Made by a program: the position numbers and the translations under genes
Source: Phoronis australis
Taxonomy: Eukaryota; Animalia; Phoronida
Reading direction: 5' to 3'
Assembly (NCBI GenBank): GCA_002633005.1
Contig: NMRA01000020.1
Location: 478,942 to 542,941 of the forward strand
DNA length: 64,000 nt
Shown here: in pieces, positions 14,239-29,100 of the stretch
Layout of the letters: each line of letters opens with the position of its first letter
Position numbering within the stretch: position 1 is the stretch's first letter
The notes under the pieces: model-generated
The model's database searches: none
The model's input: only the letters and a program-made list of their open reading frames with translations
What the model was told of the DNA's origin: nothing

Positions 14239-17200
14239 NCTGAACTGGCAAAGTCACCGACCCTGATTTGAGCGAAGGTCCGGCACTGAGACAACTGCAT
14301 AAAATTGTGATTTGTAATAAAATAACAAAAACACAACGGATGCAGTTGTTTTCTCACTCTGTTCAAAGGTAATGACTTCAAGAAGGCTATCCCAACCACA
14401 AAATAATCCCCAAATGTCCCTTTAAATCACTCAAAGCACCGATTTTGTTATTTTATAGCCCTGGCCACACCAAATAACCTCAAAAAGTCTATCCTGTCCG
14501 AAAATAATCCCAAAACGCGTTTTGGCCCTAAACCGATATCGTCATTTGAAACGAAAACCAAGCTTTATTCGTGACCGTACCGCTGCAAGCATGTGTACTC
14601 GGGGGGGAGGGGGGGGTACTCGACTATGTTTTTCCCCGGCTGAAACATCAAGATACTCATGCACCAGTGAATAGACTAGACGAGCTTCCGTGAAAATGAC
14701 ACCCTTTTGCAGACTTCGTTCTTACGGATGTTGATTTTATAAACCTGTCCTCGGCTTTCGTAGAGATTCTTGGAAAGCTGCTTTTTAGCACTTTAAGCCG
14801 GAAACAATACAGAAAGAAATGCCATGCAGTCAAGAATGAGTACAAATTTTACAATCATAGTTTTAATTCAAGTTGTTTTAAAAACTCTCCTGCAGATTTG
14901 TGTAGTTGGAAAAGGGATTTTTCGAGTTTCGAACTTTTAAGGTCAAGGCGTTTGTAGGAATTTATGTCAGAAAAGGTGCAGATCGTGAGGAAACTGGTAG
15001 TAAAATCGTCACCTTTCTGAGCAGCACATCACCTCTTCTGAGGGAATATAGTGACCCCGAGATAAGAATGCATATAATTAGTTTCTACGTCAACCTCTAC
15101 AGCCTTATCAATTTTTGCCAGAGAACAGTTGCAGCAACGCAGACAAATGATCGTCTGACATGATTGATCATGTTTGGTCCACTTTTTGCGCTCTTTCTGA
15201 TGTTACCAATCATGTACATGCTGGATATATCATCACCATACGAACGTGGCCACTGTGCTGTTTGTATCACCAGTGTCCGTTTGGCAAACGGTGTGGAGTA
15301 TAGTTCAACAAATGAAAATACGTAAATGCTATCATTTAATACGCTTACAGGTCATGAGAAATGTATAAAGGCACTCAGTGATGTAAAACAAATCTTCGTT
15401 CTAAGTTAAATACATGCAGTTTAATCATAAACAGTATCAAGGAAGTTGGATAAACACAATCGCGTCACTCGATCTGTGTCGCGTTAATAACGCGAGGAAC
15501 TGTTACTATTTTTGAACAAAGCTGCTCACACCATGCAACCATCAAACTTGCACGTTGAACTAAGTTTGAGGTTTTATGTAACCACACCCTGGATTCAACA
15601 CGGTCGATTATCAAAACTGTTGTGTGCGAAATCAAACGTAATTACTATAATCAGTCTATTAATTAGTTTGTAATTCAAGTTCCAATTGCGTCTTTACGCG
15701 CGCACCTTCATGCATTGATTGGCTTGTACCAATGTCAAACAAGTTGGCGGAATGTCTCGGCAGAAAGTGTTCGTGAAGCGATGAGAAATCGGAGAAAATT
15801 GACTGACGCCGTTACATTCACCCGAGACTTGAATCGTGTGCTCACTTAAGTTTGGTAAAGCTGAACTGGGTTTCAGAGCGTATTTTTGGAAAAGCTTATT
15901 TCTCCTCTATGCAAGCTGGTGCGGAGTCTGGTGCAATTAGGACACGGGGTCTATTTTGCGAAAATAACTAATGAAATAAGCTACACAGACGCTGACCTTA
16001 TTAAACAAAGTTAAATTAACAAAAATGTGTAAGGGTTTAATTGCTGAAATTTACCTTTCCCAATTTTTGATGAAGCTGCAAAGCCGATACAGAGGGTGAC
16101 AAAGAAATATTGTACTTCATCATTGCTGTTATTGATTTACACTATTTCCTTGAGAAATTTCTGATGCGTTTGACCTGTTCCTAATACTGCAGACATTTAC
16201 AACAATCAAGACACCGACGCAACTTCACGGAAGCAGAAATGTACCCTCGTAAATAAACCGTCGCAAATTTGTAGCCAATCTTTAATTTTGTGAACAGGCA
16301 AATCGGAAATGAAAGCTTCTACCAAGATGATAATGATTTAGACAACTTAAAGGTATAAAATTGATCTCAGTTTGTTTCTTTGTTTTGGAGATGGTTTCAG
16401 GTATTCGTTCTAGCTTGCTCGTGATTACGCTCTGTCGAGGAAGTTCATCACGGCCTGTCACTATTTTATGAGCCAAACATTGTCTCGACAAAGAAGTAAA
16501 CGAGCTCTTTGTTCTTAGCAAACCAGAAATTACTTCCCATCATAGTGAGGAACAAGTTGAGGTCAATTTTATATCGGTAAGGGCAAATATCAAAAGTTCG
16601 CGTCTTGCAAGGAACGCGGGTTTATAACGGATTTAAATATTCATAAGCTTTCTTAACTATATTTACAAAGGTCAACACCTACACGGCTCTTTTCAATGAG
16701 ATGTGATGCCTCGGTAAGCTTCCGAGGCCATCTGCGGCAGAAAACTTTGTGATATCGGCCAACAGTCGGGTGGTTATCATAATCTCCAGTCTGGTGTCAA
16801 CGTCGAAAATCACTAAGCGCTACTGGTGATTCAATAAAAAAACGGCCGAACATCCTACGGTGTAGGTATCGCGATAGAACTCAAGTGGTAGGATCTGTCA
16901 AGCACGGTTGGGTACGTGAGCGATGCGTAATTTTACGCCTGTGTTCACGCTGATTGTACAATTTTGAGACTTATCTAGAAGATTCATTTTCACACCTGAA
17001 ATTATGCGCGTTCAATAGAGTTCTTAACGACACTAATGGCTGCAATTTTGTTGCCGGCAGGGTCTATAACCACAGTCACCTGTCAAGAGACCTGCTTGTT
17101 TATGACCGCCTTGCGGCTGCCAAATTTGAGGAATGGAAAAATATTCATGATTGGTCGAGGAGATCGCAGATGACCACTGCTTCACTTAAAAATCGATCAT

Positions 17201-18863
17201 AGGTTTTGAACATGTTCAAAATACAGTTGTGACCAAATATGAAATATGAGATAGGTGCCCGCATTCTTTGGTCGTGGGTTCGAGTTCCACTGGGTTACAC
17301 TGCTTAACCCGTTTAGCCAAGTTTCTAGCCTTCTCATCTAGGTTTTAACCATATAGTAATAAAGTATAAAAATGGTTCCAGATCTGTGCAATGGGCTCGC
17401 ATGCTTGGCCTGCGCACGTATGGTACAACGTGTATCAGACCTCGTGGAATTATTTTATATTAAATATGAAATGTTTAGGTCGTAAATTCTCGTGCCGCCC
17501 AGTATTAAGTTATCGCACAGCAGTCGCACATAATTAACATGTTGCACGATTTCTCATACAATTGCTTGAGCTACCACGTGACTGGCGGCATCATCAGTGA
17601 ATCGATCAGTCTTGCGATATGCCAAGCTATTTTACAACTAGAGATACTGCCTCGCAATTAGTCGTGCTATTAGGTCTGCAATAGGCCTAAGTATATTTGA
17701 TGAGTTCTTCAGTACAGTTCGGTGTGCAGGTGAATGTTTCACAAAGGCTTGGTAACTGCTGAAACACCTACAGTAGTCCAAAATATATATGGTAAAACAA
17801 AAAATCGCTCAACTGATCGCTGGACACTGACCGTAGTACTCGCACAACTAATAATGAACGCTTTCACTAGTATGATGGTTGACCTGCGAGCGATCGTGCA
17901 ACCTGTCGGGTGATTAGCGACTACTAATTATGCGCGACTACTTCAGAATTAAAATAAATTCTTGGAAACTCGTGGTCACTATGATCGTGTACTCAATACA
18001 TGATCAAACAGTAATTATGTAACCGGGGCTTTAACTAGATTTAAATTGGAGCCTCTTCCGTTGCGGACTGTTAGTTATCTGTTTAGATGCCCTTGCGACA
18101 TGACCTCGGCTGAGTCCTCAGTTACCGTTAATGTCGCCATGGTGGCCAATGCCTCGATTACTAGGCTAAGGCTTCAAAAACAAGTTTCTTGAAAGGCGTA
18201 TCTTTCCTTCTAAGGTGGTTTAATTGAAATTGGCGATAATAACACCAGTCCTGAAATTTCCACGACTGCCACAATGCTTCGACAAACCCGCCGCGCCGTG
18301 ACCATTAACCAATAGTCGTCTGAAGCAATAACGCTAAAAGTCCATTATGAAATGGTGTTTTGGCAGAAGGCGTGGACTTTTTTGCACGTTTGATGGCAAT
18401 GAAGTCACAAGTGAAGTGAACCTCACAGTTAGACCGGCCATTTTTAAACCCGTTTACATGACTCTTTTTACCGTTTCCGCACGAATAATTAGTTAGTAAC
18501 TGTACCTTAACGAAAGAATATTTTTCTGCTTTCGTTTACAGCACCTAGTATTTGTGGATGAATATGGTGGATGATCGTTGTGTTTACACTTTTCCGCGCG
18601 CTCTGATTGGCAAGAATTTGTTTCGCTCGATTGACATGTCGGAACTAACTACGTGACTACTTTTGTGATACGGTGAACTGAAAGTAAAAATAGTATCACT
18701 CACGGGTACCAATGGGTTATGAGTGTTGTTTCATAACCACGTTGACAAATGAACGCCTCCTTGGCCTTCAGAAATCAGTGACTTAATGAATGATGGACGT
18801 TTGTGGTTCGTGCGACAGCGTTTGACAATTATGTGAAAACTACTTTTGGGTCCTATTATCCTG

Positions 18864-19619
18864 AGATCTGTTTCATGAGAAGTGACGTAAGACTTAGGAC
18901 GCAAATTTCGTCCTCTTAACTATTTCTGAAAAATAATGAAATCTCACTTAAGCAAAAGTCGAGAGTCTCTGAGAATATACACATAGCTATTAGCTACTGA
19001 GATAATTTCCGTAAAACATTCCTAGACTGTATGATAATTTCATAATTACTTGGCTGAAGTATTATTCACCAATTGAATTTATTTGATATTTTATTGCTGT
19101 GGCCTTACTAACAGGATCGAGTCGTACATTTAGTATGGACGTTTGGATTGTAAATAAACAAAAACGTGTTACAGTAAAATCTGCAGTTTTCAACGGCATT
19201 TTTAAATACGAGCGACTTGCTCATTTGATTTGTTACGATGACCACTAACCCCGCTGGGTTATCTTGTGAGCGTGGTTACCAGATCTTCGACCGTTGTAAA
19301 TTTCAACGTTAGAGGTCGCGCTACCGTGCAGAACACAAAACGGCGACTTAAAGATTATTTGCGTGCTCCGAAGTATGGAGGCAACAAAACTGACTTAGCT
19401 AAGACAAATCTTAAATTTATGTAAATTTTAAAATAAAAGTTAAATTTGTCTCAAAACCAATTCAAGAAAGAGATCTTAAGTTTGACTTAAGTGTTTGACG
19501 TACGTTTTATCTCAACTTTCACTTAATTATAGAATGTTAAAGTTTCAAAGTTTGGAAGTTAAGACAAATCTTAAACTTAAGTCAAAAATGAACTTAAGTC
19601 AGTTTCTTGGAACAGGCCC
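18864..19619. mobile_element. PIF/Harbinger-like MITE
   Basis: Imperfect ~28-bp TIRs (agatctgtttcatgagaagtgacgtaag / cttaagtcagtttcttggaacaggccc) flanked by CTG/CAG; internal ttaagtc subrepeats. Confidence 0.45.
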
Positions 19620-22600
19620 CAGTTCTCACAGGGGTTTGCCTATCAGAACACACGTCAATGGACTCTTCACCCTTTCTTCACTCTGTCAAAAACTGCATGC
19701 AAATAAAGAAAAGTTTTGAGTCATTTCACATCAGAATCCCTACAGATGAGCACCGAAACTTTATTCTCTCTTGTATTTTGGACCCTTTCACTCCCACTGA
19801 AAACCAAGCTAGACTAAGATCAATAGGAGCAAAAAATGCAAAATCGGCGATTTTCACCTCAAAACCACCACTTACCTGTCGATGCTCCACTGAAGCCAAG
19901 ATAAGAATCCGAAAGCAAATTCCTTACCGATTCCAAAAATATGGTCTAACAGTACTGCCAACCAACTAGTTTTTTTTTTTGCAAATCTAGCTTGTTTGAG
20001 GGATACCTGAAATCGCGGCCAATTTCTCAGTTGCTACCCTGCAATGCATTGCAACAGGGGGACACCAACTTAAAGAAGAGTGCAGCTACAGCCGAGCAAG
20101 TGGTCTTTTTACTTCTCAGCATGTTCACAAATACGAACAAACCACATTCACTTGACCTGTATACAATACCTGTCTAAAAAATGCCCCCAAGCCTGGGCTA
20201 CCCTTAGATTTTAATATTTTGGGAGTGCAAATAGGCCGCTGTTCAGTGCCACCTATGCTAATTTGTAGTATGAACTAAACTACAATGCTATTTGAACATC
20301 ATCTACGCTAAACGTTAGTGCAGTTGTATTCAATGACAACAATTTCCACAAATAGGTTGCCTTTGCACTAATGACGTAGCCTATCTTGGGGACTCACATA
20401 ACCCGCATCATGCAGAGTTAATTACCAACATCATGCTGCCGGATAGTTACTGGACACGGTTACGTGATTTACGGCGGATCATTTTGGAAATAAAACTCGT
20501 TCTTAAAAACGTTTGGCAATTTTCAACTTACTTCACATTCACACTGTCGCTATGTGTTGTGTTTCTAACTAATTTGACGAAGCAATCACAGAGATAAGGA
20601 TTTAGCGGGCAAGTTCCACTTTAAGATGACACTCAACAATTTTTGTTGGTTTTGCCGTGCTTGAAAACCAGATCTAGGCACAGGGCGTACAAAAGCTCAA
20701 AACAGGAACCGTACACTGGGCCAAAAACTTCAAAAGCTTTGATTCCAGAAGTCTGATTTCCGCAAGTGCAGTTGACTACTTAAAAATGAAAGAATATAAT
20801 CAAATCACCCCAAAAGCCACCTTTCGCATGCGATTGCTATGAACTGGGAGACAGCGTATTCAAACTGCCAGAAAAACCCAAAATATAGAAATCGGGTGAA
20901 AAGTGGGTGCTGACCACACAGATTTTTTACCAATTCAAAATGCCGTAAGGGTACCAGAATAGCCAATATTCAAATTTGCCGCGCCATACTGAAATCCATT
21001 CCACCAGACGGCGATCAGCGGGGTTTTTGGTGTACGTGTACAGGCGTTCAGCGCCACCAACATGTCCCGTGTAATGCGGACGGGAGATTTCAACCTACAC
21101 GTACAAACAGCGTTTTCATACCTTTCCTGCTAACAAAATGCCGGCAAATTGCCTGTACGGTGGGATGTACTAATAGTTTACGGAAAAAGGCAAACCTCTT
21201 GTAATGTCCATGGATCAAAGGATATCATGTCCAATACATTTCCCAATGGGAAGAATTCAGCTGCGACTGACATAGCGGATCCCAGCAGATGTTTAAAAAA
21301 GCGCTAAACAATGGGAGGAACTGGCAGAGAAAGTTATTTTTCTGGCAGGTTAATGAACCACGATGTAGTAAATGAATTTCTGTCCACCGAATCTGAGTCG
21401 AGATCAAGTGGAAGTCCGCTTTCGGACTCTCATTACTCTAGAAAACACCAACACGAACAGTCCGCTATCTTGCAACATTTTAACTTCAAACTTGCAAGCA
21501 GCAAAGGTTTAAGAAAAGCCAGTACTGAGCAAAAAGTGGAGTCAGGGGGTCAACAACTAGCACTTCCTTTCAATCAGAACGGATTCGAAAGCACATGCCA
21601 TTGTAGCCTTCATATGCAGTACGGAAGTCAAAATGTCCAGCCAACCCAGATAAATTCAACAATAACCCCCCAAAAAAAACGTTTGCATGCCATCTTAATC
21701 CTCGGAGGATATATTTCTATTATTCTAACGCAGACCTGCAAGACGGAAGAAGTGTGCATATTGTAACAGCCACACCATCTGTTGACATTGTTGAAATTTA
21801 CTGAGGCTTACAAAATAACATTTACTGTAAATCAGTAATTGAAGTCAATCGGTCAATTGTATCTATTAACGCTCTTGGGAATAAATTTAGGAGAATGGCG
21901 TCCGCCTCCTAGTTTTGAAGTTTAATCTGAGGAGGAACTTTCAACACCTCTTCGCCATGAATTATTGAAGACGATTAGCAATTAATATGGCGTCATCGTC
22001 AATTGGCAATAAGTGTGGCTTAGAAATTGAAACGAGAAACCACTAAATTAAACAAGCTACTAAACGTAGTTTCTCTAGACATCGTTCGTATAAAGATGAG
22101 TAGTTGTATCTGGTATAAGCTAGTAATATAATTTTAAAAGTGAACACAGTACGAATCAAAAATTGTATTCCAAGCCGACTGAAAGCGTGAAAGGAACGTT
22201 CTCGGTGAGAAATGTGACGTTCTCGGTGTGAAAAGTGATTATTGTCACGGACTTTTTTGACGGAATAAAACCCTGCAGAGTATTTTAGGTGTATCTGAGT
22301 AAGTCACAGGCCTCGACTTCAACAAAAATCTGGCAGACAACGGCGAGAGAATTGTAAATTTCTAACAAAAACACCACGTACTCTGTCATTTTATAGCTCT
22401 GGTCAAATATAATCTATCTCATCCAACAATAACCCCGACAATGCCTCTTGCGGCCATAAAACCGATAACGGCCCTTTAAATCTTCCCTGCTGCGAGAGAA
22501 GAACTTCGTTTAATAACCCAATTCTAACTGGTTCTCAGTGGTTTTCCATATTCTTGAGAAAGAAAATTAGTTGTACGTTGTTTTTCATTTCCTACCATAG

Positions 22601-24609
22601 CGGTTGATTGACGTTCAGGAAATTCCACATTTTGACTCCAGGAGACCTCCTGGGTCAGAAAAGCAGAAAAAGTTCAGGAGAAATACGATCATCTTAACTG
22701 ATGAAACCCTGCCGTGACTCATTATAGCGTAATAGCAACATTTTTGTAACAGTTTATTCCCTAGTCTTCATAAAATAGCTGCAATTTCAGTATTTATTCG
22801 TTTGCTTTCCTAACAAAATGCAAAATGACGTGTTATGCTATAACCAAATGGTTGGTGGCAGGACTGTATTCGTTCGAGTTTTTTGATAAGGAAAAGAAGG
22901 CTTTCTGCAGATTTGTGCTCTAAATTTATCAAATAAAGATATCCGTTCACAGTTGAGAAAGAGACATCCATGTACGCTAATTATTGTCCGCGTAGCATAG
23001 ACACTTTGTAAAGGACTAATATTCAGTTGTTCACTTCCCCTTGTCTTCGGGCTTGGACCCAGAAAAGTCCCAGGGGCCCTAATCCTCTAACTCGTCTACT
23101 TAGGCTTAGGCACAGACGTTGCCATTACCCGTGTCTTGTTGTAGTGAAGAATTCTGGTAAAAATGCCCTTCAGTCTGTCCGTTGTCAAGGTTCCCATGGT
23201 GTCATCACTGTGGCTTCGAGCCAGGAAAATTGCACTGTACTAAACCATTTACTGAAGTCAAAAGTGATTTTCTTTACAAAAATATTTGCTGTTCCAATGC
23301 AACGCCCTCGTGTTCCTAATCCTTTGCTTGAATTAAAATTAGTTCGATAACTAAACGCTTGGAATTCCCGTTTTTTGCCCCTATATTTTGATCAGATGCA
23401 TTTTGGGATGGCTTGGTTAAAAATTAGTTGTCTGTTGCCCACGTGATCCCCGGCCTTTAATATTTCCAACTCTCCGTTGTTCCGGGATATTTAACGACGT
23501 TAAGTGTAAGGCCCATTGTTTCCATTTCCGATTCCATAACTAAGGGAGTTAATTACCAAAACTGGAGGGTGCCGCCATGCAGACCAAGCACTTAATTACC
23601 CATCCAATTATCTCCGCATGAGTTCAGCAAAATGTGATGGAGCTAACCCCAGGGGTTCTCTTTATTCCAGGTTGTGCGCTCATTATTAACTAGAGACGCC
23701 GGTAGGCAAATTGTTGCGAACGTGACGTCACGACGTTTCATTAACTACGACAGATCGAAAAATCCTCAATATCAGTCCACGATAGTTTGATTTATTTCAG
23801 CCAGTATATTATTGTCCTCAAGTCATACTGCGATCTGCGTACAAATTTATTTACAAAGTACACACGGCCGCGGTGCGGGCCAAGTTTCTAACGGCAGGAG
23901 CGCGGAATCAAATCCAACTAATACACAAAAGCAGCCGATTGTTCTGTTGTTGAGCCATATCCCAACTAGCAACGCATTTTAAGCGTTTTAAGTCACCGGC
24001 CTTAATTTTTTCAGACAACGTCGAGAATTGACGTTTTGCAATAAAATCTCAAAAACAACGTATTTTGCTGTTCTAAAGATATGATCAAAGCAAACAGATT
24101 CAAGAAGTACAACAAGAATCTCGAAAAATGCTTTTTCGTCCGTAAAAATGGCAATGACCCTTTAAAAGTTGGTTGCTGGGATTAACTTTAAAAACAGGAA
24201 TCGGAAGTAATTTATTACCTACGACAAGCTGCTATTGAAGTTATTAATGCGGATCTCTGATATTTGTTTCGTTATTTGCAATGGCATAACTAACAGCCTC
24301 TTGTGATTGTTGCTTTATAAAGCATATCAAATTCAGGCTAATTCTATGGAAATGTGTGAAATATATCAAATGCTTTCCGTTGTTTCAGGAACAATTGGTG
24401 ATGAATGTACCCTTTGTGAGGTAACGTATGCCTGATGCCATACAACGTCGCTTGTACTGACACAAACGTATTACGTCAGCAGCAAAGAGATGGCACCAGA
24501 TCAGAAAGGAAAACAATTAAAGATCCACATGCCGACTTCTAAGGCCGGAAGTCAGTGATCACATGTACACTGTAGTCACAGTCTGGGAACATTAATGCTA
24601 CATATGCAC

Positions 24610-25459
24610 CAGTGGTGGATCTAGGATATCACAAGGGGGCCCAACATTTTGTCCGGCTGCAGACATTTGCGCAAACCACGATTGTAGATGCGTATAGCAC
24701 CGACTGGGGGAGGAAAATTTTCTGTTTTTTCCTCTAAAAATCAAGCATTTTCCTTGATTCCTGAAGTATTATGCAAGAAAAAAAGGCAAAAAACATGGAG
24801 AACGTGTCAAACAGGAAAAACTGCAAGAACTACAGACTCGAACTCACGACGTGGCGGATAGAGCGCACGTGCTTTACCACTACACCACTACTATACGTTT
24901 ACCAAAAGACCTAGTCTTGTTTATGGTCCACAGCATTTGCGCGCGAAACCAACTTCTTTTTGTTATGCTTATTACACGTTTTATATTTTGTGCAATCGGT
25001 TCTTAACAAATTTGTTGTATTTTAAAATAGTCTTCAAATGCTCAAAAGACCAAATCCTTTTTTCGTGTTGGCAATAATGACGGGATTGCTTTGAAAATCG
25101 TCTTAAGTTAAGCTCTGACAAAGAGAGAATTATGAGTTTCTGAGTGATTCACTAAGGCTTCGATTAAAATTCACATCTTACCAACAGCTTCTGTTTTTTC
25201 ATCGTCACTCAGGTTCCATTTTCTTTAAAAAATGAAGTAAAATTTCTTCATTGCACAGTGGAGCAGACTGCCACTGCCCCCTCCCCCCAACACGAAAACT
25301 GAACCGATTTTAACTGCACACATTTAAATCTTGTTTCATCCATATAATTTTAATTACCGGGGTTAATTAATAAACTCAACATTTCCCTACGCTCTAGCTG
25401 TTTTATTTTTTTTTGCGGCAGCCAAGGGGTCCCCTGCCCCCCCCCTAAATCCGCCTATG
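24610..25459. mobile_element. hAT-like MITE (CAGTGGYGGATCTAG family) containing a tRNA-like segment
   Basis: Left end cagtggtggatctag, right end ctaaatccgcctatg; flanks atatgcac / atgtgcac resemble a degenerate 8-bp TSD. Confidence 0.45.
24825..24892 (-). repeat. tRNA-derived SINE head (degenerate A/B boxes)
   Basis: Minus strand tggtgtagtggtaaagcacgtgcg...gtgagttcgagtc; no intact cloverleaf. Similar heads at ~12985-13060, ~13235-13300, ~17270-17295 and ~27525-27580. Confidence 0.45.
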
Positions 25460-26749
25460 TGCACAATGTGTACAGCTTTAGTGAGGACGGCTGTTAATTT
25501 CAGCAAAACCGTGAACGTCGTTTGTGTTTCCTGGCTATTGCCCACTCTTCGGAATACAATCAAGTGAAAAAAGCATGTTGCTAAATGATCGTGCTTGTAC
25601 TTGGTTATTAGTGCAATATTTTCAGCATTATATACATTGCATGGGAAATGATACATGCATGATGGGTCCAGGATCACTCGAAAATCGACTAGAAATCCGA
25701 CTAAACTTACATGTACTTGAATTGTGACGAGTGATTTGTTACGTTTTTGAGTCTGAGTCCAAGACTCCGAGTCGTGTCTGACTTCGGAGAGTAGACCCTG
25801 GGCCATGGTTTTGATAGTCCTATCGGGATTTATGAAGTGTTATTTATTCTAGCGCTAGTAGACACACGAGACCACGTGGTTTCGTCCACAAACTTCAATA
25901 TTTCATTTTGTAGAGTAAACAAACCAATTCACCCGAGTTTCTAATGTAACAAGACGGTAGAGTTAGGCCTGTTAAATACAAATTTTTTCGATAGATATCG
26001 ATTTGATTTTTAGTAGGTTGTAACAATGCCATTCTCAACATATTCAGGATTGACATAAACTCATTCTTCTTCCTGAGAACCACCGAAGTTGAATTTTTGA
26101 TGCTGAAGTTGCGGAATAAACTCCAGTACTTTCCAAAGTCATCCGCATTTTCACGAAGTTCTACCAAGTTTCAATATCTATACTATTCATTAGCACTCGA
26201 CACAAAGAAAATACAATTCTTCAAACTACTGAAATCAATGGCTTAATATCATTACAATCACAAATTATAACTATCATCAATCACGGCTTGTCCCTTAGTT
26301 CTACTTACCGCATTGCCGCGCCTGTAGGCCCATGGGCCTATATTCGAAATAATGCCTTTTTCGCGGCTTGTTTTTAACCAAGTGGTTTACATATTGGTGC
26401 ATACTACTAAGTATCGCATACATGTATAAACACAGGTAATGTCCCCTGTTTAGGCACATATATTAATACGCATATAGGCGAACTCGTTTGACTACAACTA
26501 TTTTTCCGTTAGTCTCTGTACCTTTGAAGTTCCTTGGCGTATTTTCAAAAAACTTGATAAATTGTTTTGTATTACCGTATTGCCACGTTTTTAATCCCAT
26601 GGGTCTATATCCGAAATGGTGCCTTTTTGCGGCCCTTTTACTGGCGCATACACCCAAGCATCGTATGTACATGCTCAACTCAAAGCCATAGATACGTGCA
26701 ATCTACCTTTCACTGGTAAAAGGAACCTGTGAATATTCGCTGAAGACAA

Positions 26750-29100
26750 ACAACGACCCCTTTCGGAGACAACAAAACAGTGGGGATAACAACTGCTTGC
26801 AATCGAAAACAGTACAAAACTAACATCCTATAAAAACAATATACAAAGAAGTATACGTCGCAAGATGGCTGACATTACGGAAGGTGATGCACATCAGTTC
26901 CAAACATAACAAATAGGAAGTACTAAACTTCTAATACGCAACAGATTACATTAGGATAAGATATAAACAGCATGAACTGTACTTTTAAAAACAATACACT
27001 TAGATTTCCATAGTATGATAAGGAGATGTGTCATGATAGGGAGAAAAAGTTTTGCGAGATGGGCCATAGTTTGGGAGCTATTAGAATTCATAAATCGAGA
27101 AAACTTGTGCATAACTGGGTGCACCTATCAACTGGGAGATAGCGTGTAGGAAAATTCCGTGACTTGAAAACGTGTAGTGGGGTGAAGATAAAATACAAAC
27201 TGTGGGAGAATGACACGGCTTATGACAGTTTAGATTCCTCAAAATATACAGTTTTTTAAATGATTTGTGGATAGAATGCTGACTCACTGATTGTACCTGT
27301 GTTATTAATACCCGGGTGCATCAAGAAATCATGCATTTGATACAGAAAAAATGGACAAAACCCGTGCCTTCTGTGAAAAACCTTTATGTTTAAAAAGACC
27401 ACCTGCTGATATATTTGTTCCTAACTTGATAAGGGAAGGTTGCTAAGTTCGACAATTACCGATGAGAGGTCATTATTGTTTAAGGGTACATAATTGCGAA
27501 GAAAAGTGATTGTCGGAGAACAGCCTTAGGGTAGATTCGAACTTGCAGCGCCCGCGATAGCAGTCTAACGCTCTGCTACAGGACGGAGTTAAACGACACT
27601 GGATGAATTAATTACAAAGTATTTTTGGGTGATGTGACCTGGTAAATTTACCGGCATTGATTTTAGCAAATGTCTGGTAGACAGTGGCGAGAACTGGTAA
27701 TTTGTAATAAAATCAAAAAAAAAAGATTTTGTCTGATAAAAGCTAATAATTTCACGTCTACCTCATTCAAGAATGATCCCGAAAACGCGTTTTTCGGTTG
27801 TAAAACTGGTAATGTTCCTTTCAAGTTTTGTATGGCCGTCAGGGGGCGATCTAGACAATTTACACCATGTAACCATTTTCAATTCAAACAAAAGACATGG
27901 ACCCGTTGATATCATAGCTTTGGAAAAGCAAAAACGATGAAAAAAATATTTTTAAAGCCTGAACGCGGTTTATAACGGCTTTCCGTTATCAACATTTTGT
28001 ATTTATATATAGAAAAATATATGTAACCCAGCCCACAGTTACATAAAATGGACGTGATCTTTACCATGAACACTGATGCACATTCCGCGGCTACCACTCT
28101 ACTCAATATTTGAAAATTTCGATAACTTTCTACAAAGTAGGCGAATACAAAAGTTAAGCAATCCGTTATCAACCACCTCCGCGGTGGCTGCTGTAAAAGA
28201 TCAACAGGAGATTTTTTCTACAGTTCTAACTGCATCAATAGAGTTTCTGTCTATCGATAGACATCAGTTTCAAAATCTATTAGTCTGGTGAGAAACCAGA
28301 CGAACCATCTTAAACTGTACAATGTGAACACATCCAGATAAATTGCTAACGAAAGTGGCGACACGCTTTTACCAATACCGTAAGGAAAGCAGTCAGGATC
28401 AGGTCTTACCTTAGATAGGATTATGCAAAATAGTACATGTTATAAGTAATCGTAAATTTAAAATAATTCCAAGAGAGGTAATTGCTAGGCACTAACAAAA
28501 ATTTGTTAAATTAATTGAATCAAAAGCCTTAGACAGCCAATAAAAGTACAATATTAACGTTGCTGAATTTCAAGAAAAGTATGGATTTAAAGAGAGTGCA
28601 ATACAAACAGGTGATCGTTGGTGCTATAGTCATCACAAAGCAGTTCGTTTAATTTGTCCTTTAAACCTCTGGCAAACCGTTAACATATAAAGAAAATCTG
28701 GAATATAGACAAGCGGTGAATGTTTTACCTACATAACTAGGGATGTCATTCATGAGTAGCAGACTGGATCAAGGGTGAGTTCTTATTTTTATTGAAAAGA
28801 TAAATATCCCCTGTACAGCAGGAAATGGGCTAATATGTGAACTGAAGATAATATTAAATAACATTGCTATTAAATGCTTATTATTCACTCAGGAGAGTTT
28901 TTCAAGGAATGTTTGGCAATATCACCAATATCCTTCGATACTTCAGTATGTTGAAATATTTCATGGCCTTGGATATCTTGTATGCAGAATATGATTGAGT
29001 TTCATCTTCTTGACAATGCTCTCGGGCCACATTTCTCCTAAACTAAGCAATTCAACAAAGCAGCTAGTGACGCAAACTAAATGTTCTCTAAAATGCGCAA
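26750..29100 (-). mobile_element. Highly decayed non-LTR retrotransposon (LINE) reverse transcriptase remnant; boundaries approximate
   Basis: Minus strand ~28515-28635 reads DYSTNDHLFVLHSL*...R*YCTFIG(fs)KAFDSI, typical of LINE RT domain 2-3. Many stops and frameshifts. Confidence 0.65.

Noticed and set aside
13641-14399. 252-aa minus-strand ORF
   Set aside because: Antisense shadow of the THAP reading frame; it spans the N and has no recognisable motif.
15169-15324. Short ORF with hydrophobic N-terminus (MFGPLFALFLMLPIMYML...)
   Set aside because: About 50 aa, no homology recognised and no supporting exon structure.
21200-21766. IKGYHV motif and adjacent 151-aa ORF
   Set aside because: Resemblance to a HIRAN-like/TE motif is too short and broken by a stop; the ORF has no recognisable domain.
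24825-24892. Possible tRNA genes here and at ~13000, ~13250, ~17280 and ~27550
   Set aside because: Only degenerate A/B boxes; no complete acceptor and anticodon stems could be folded. Treated as SINE heads.
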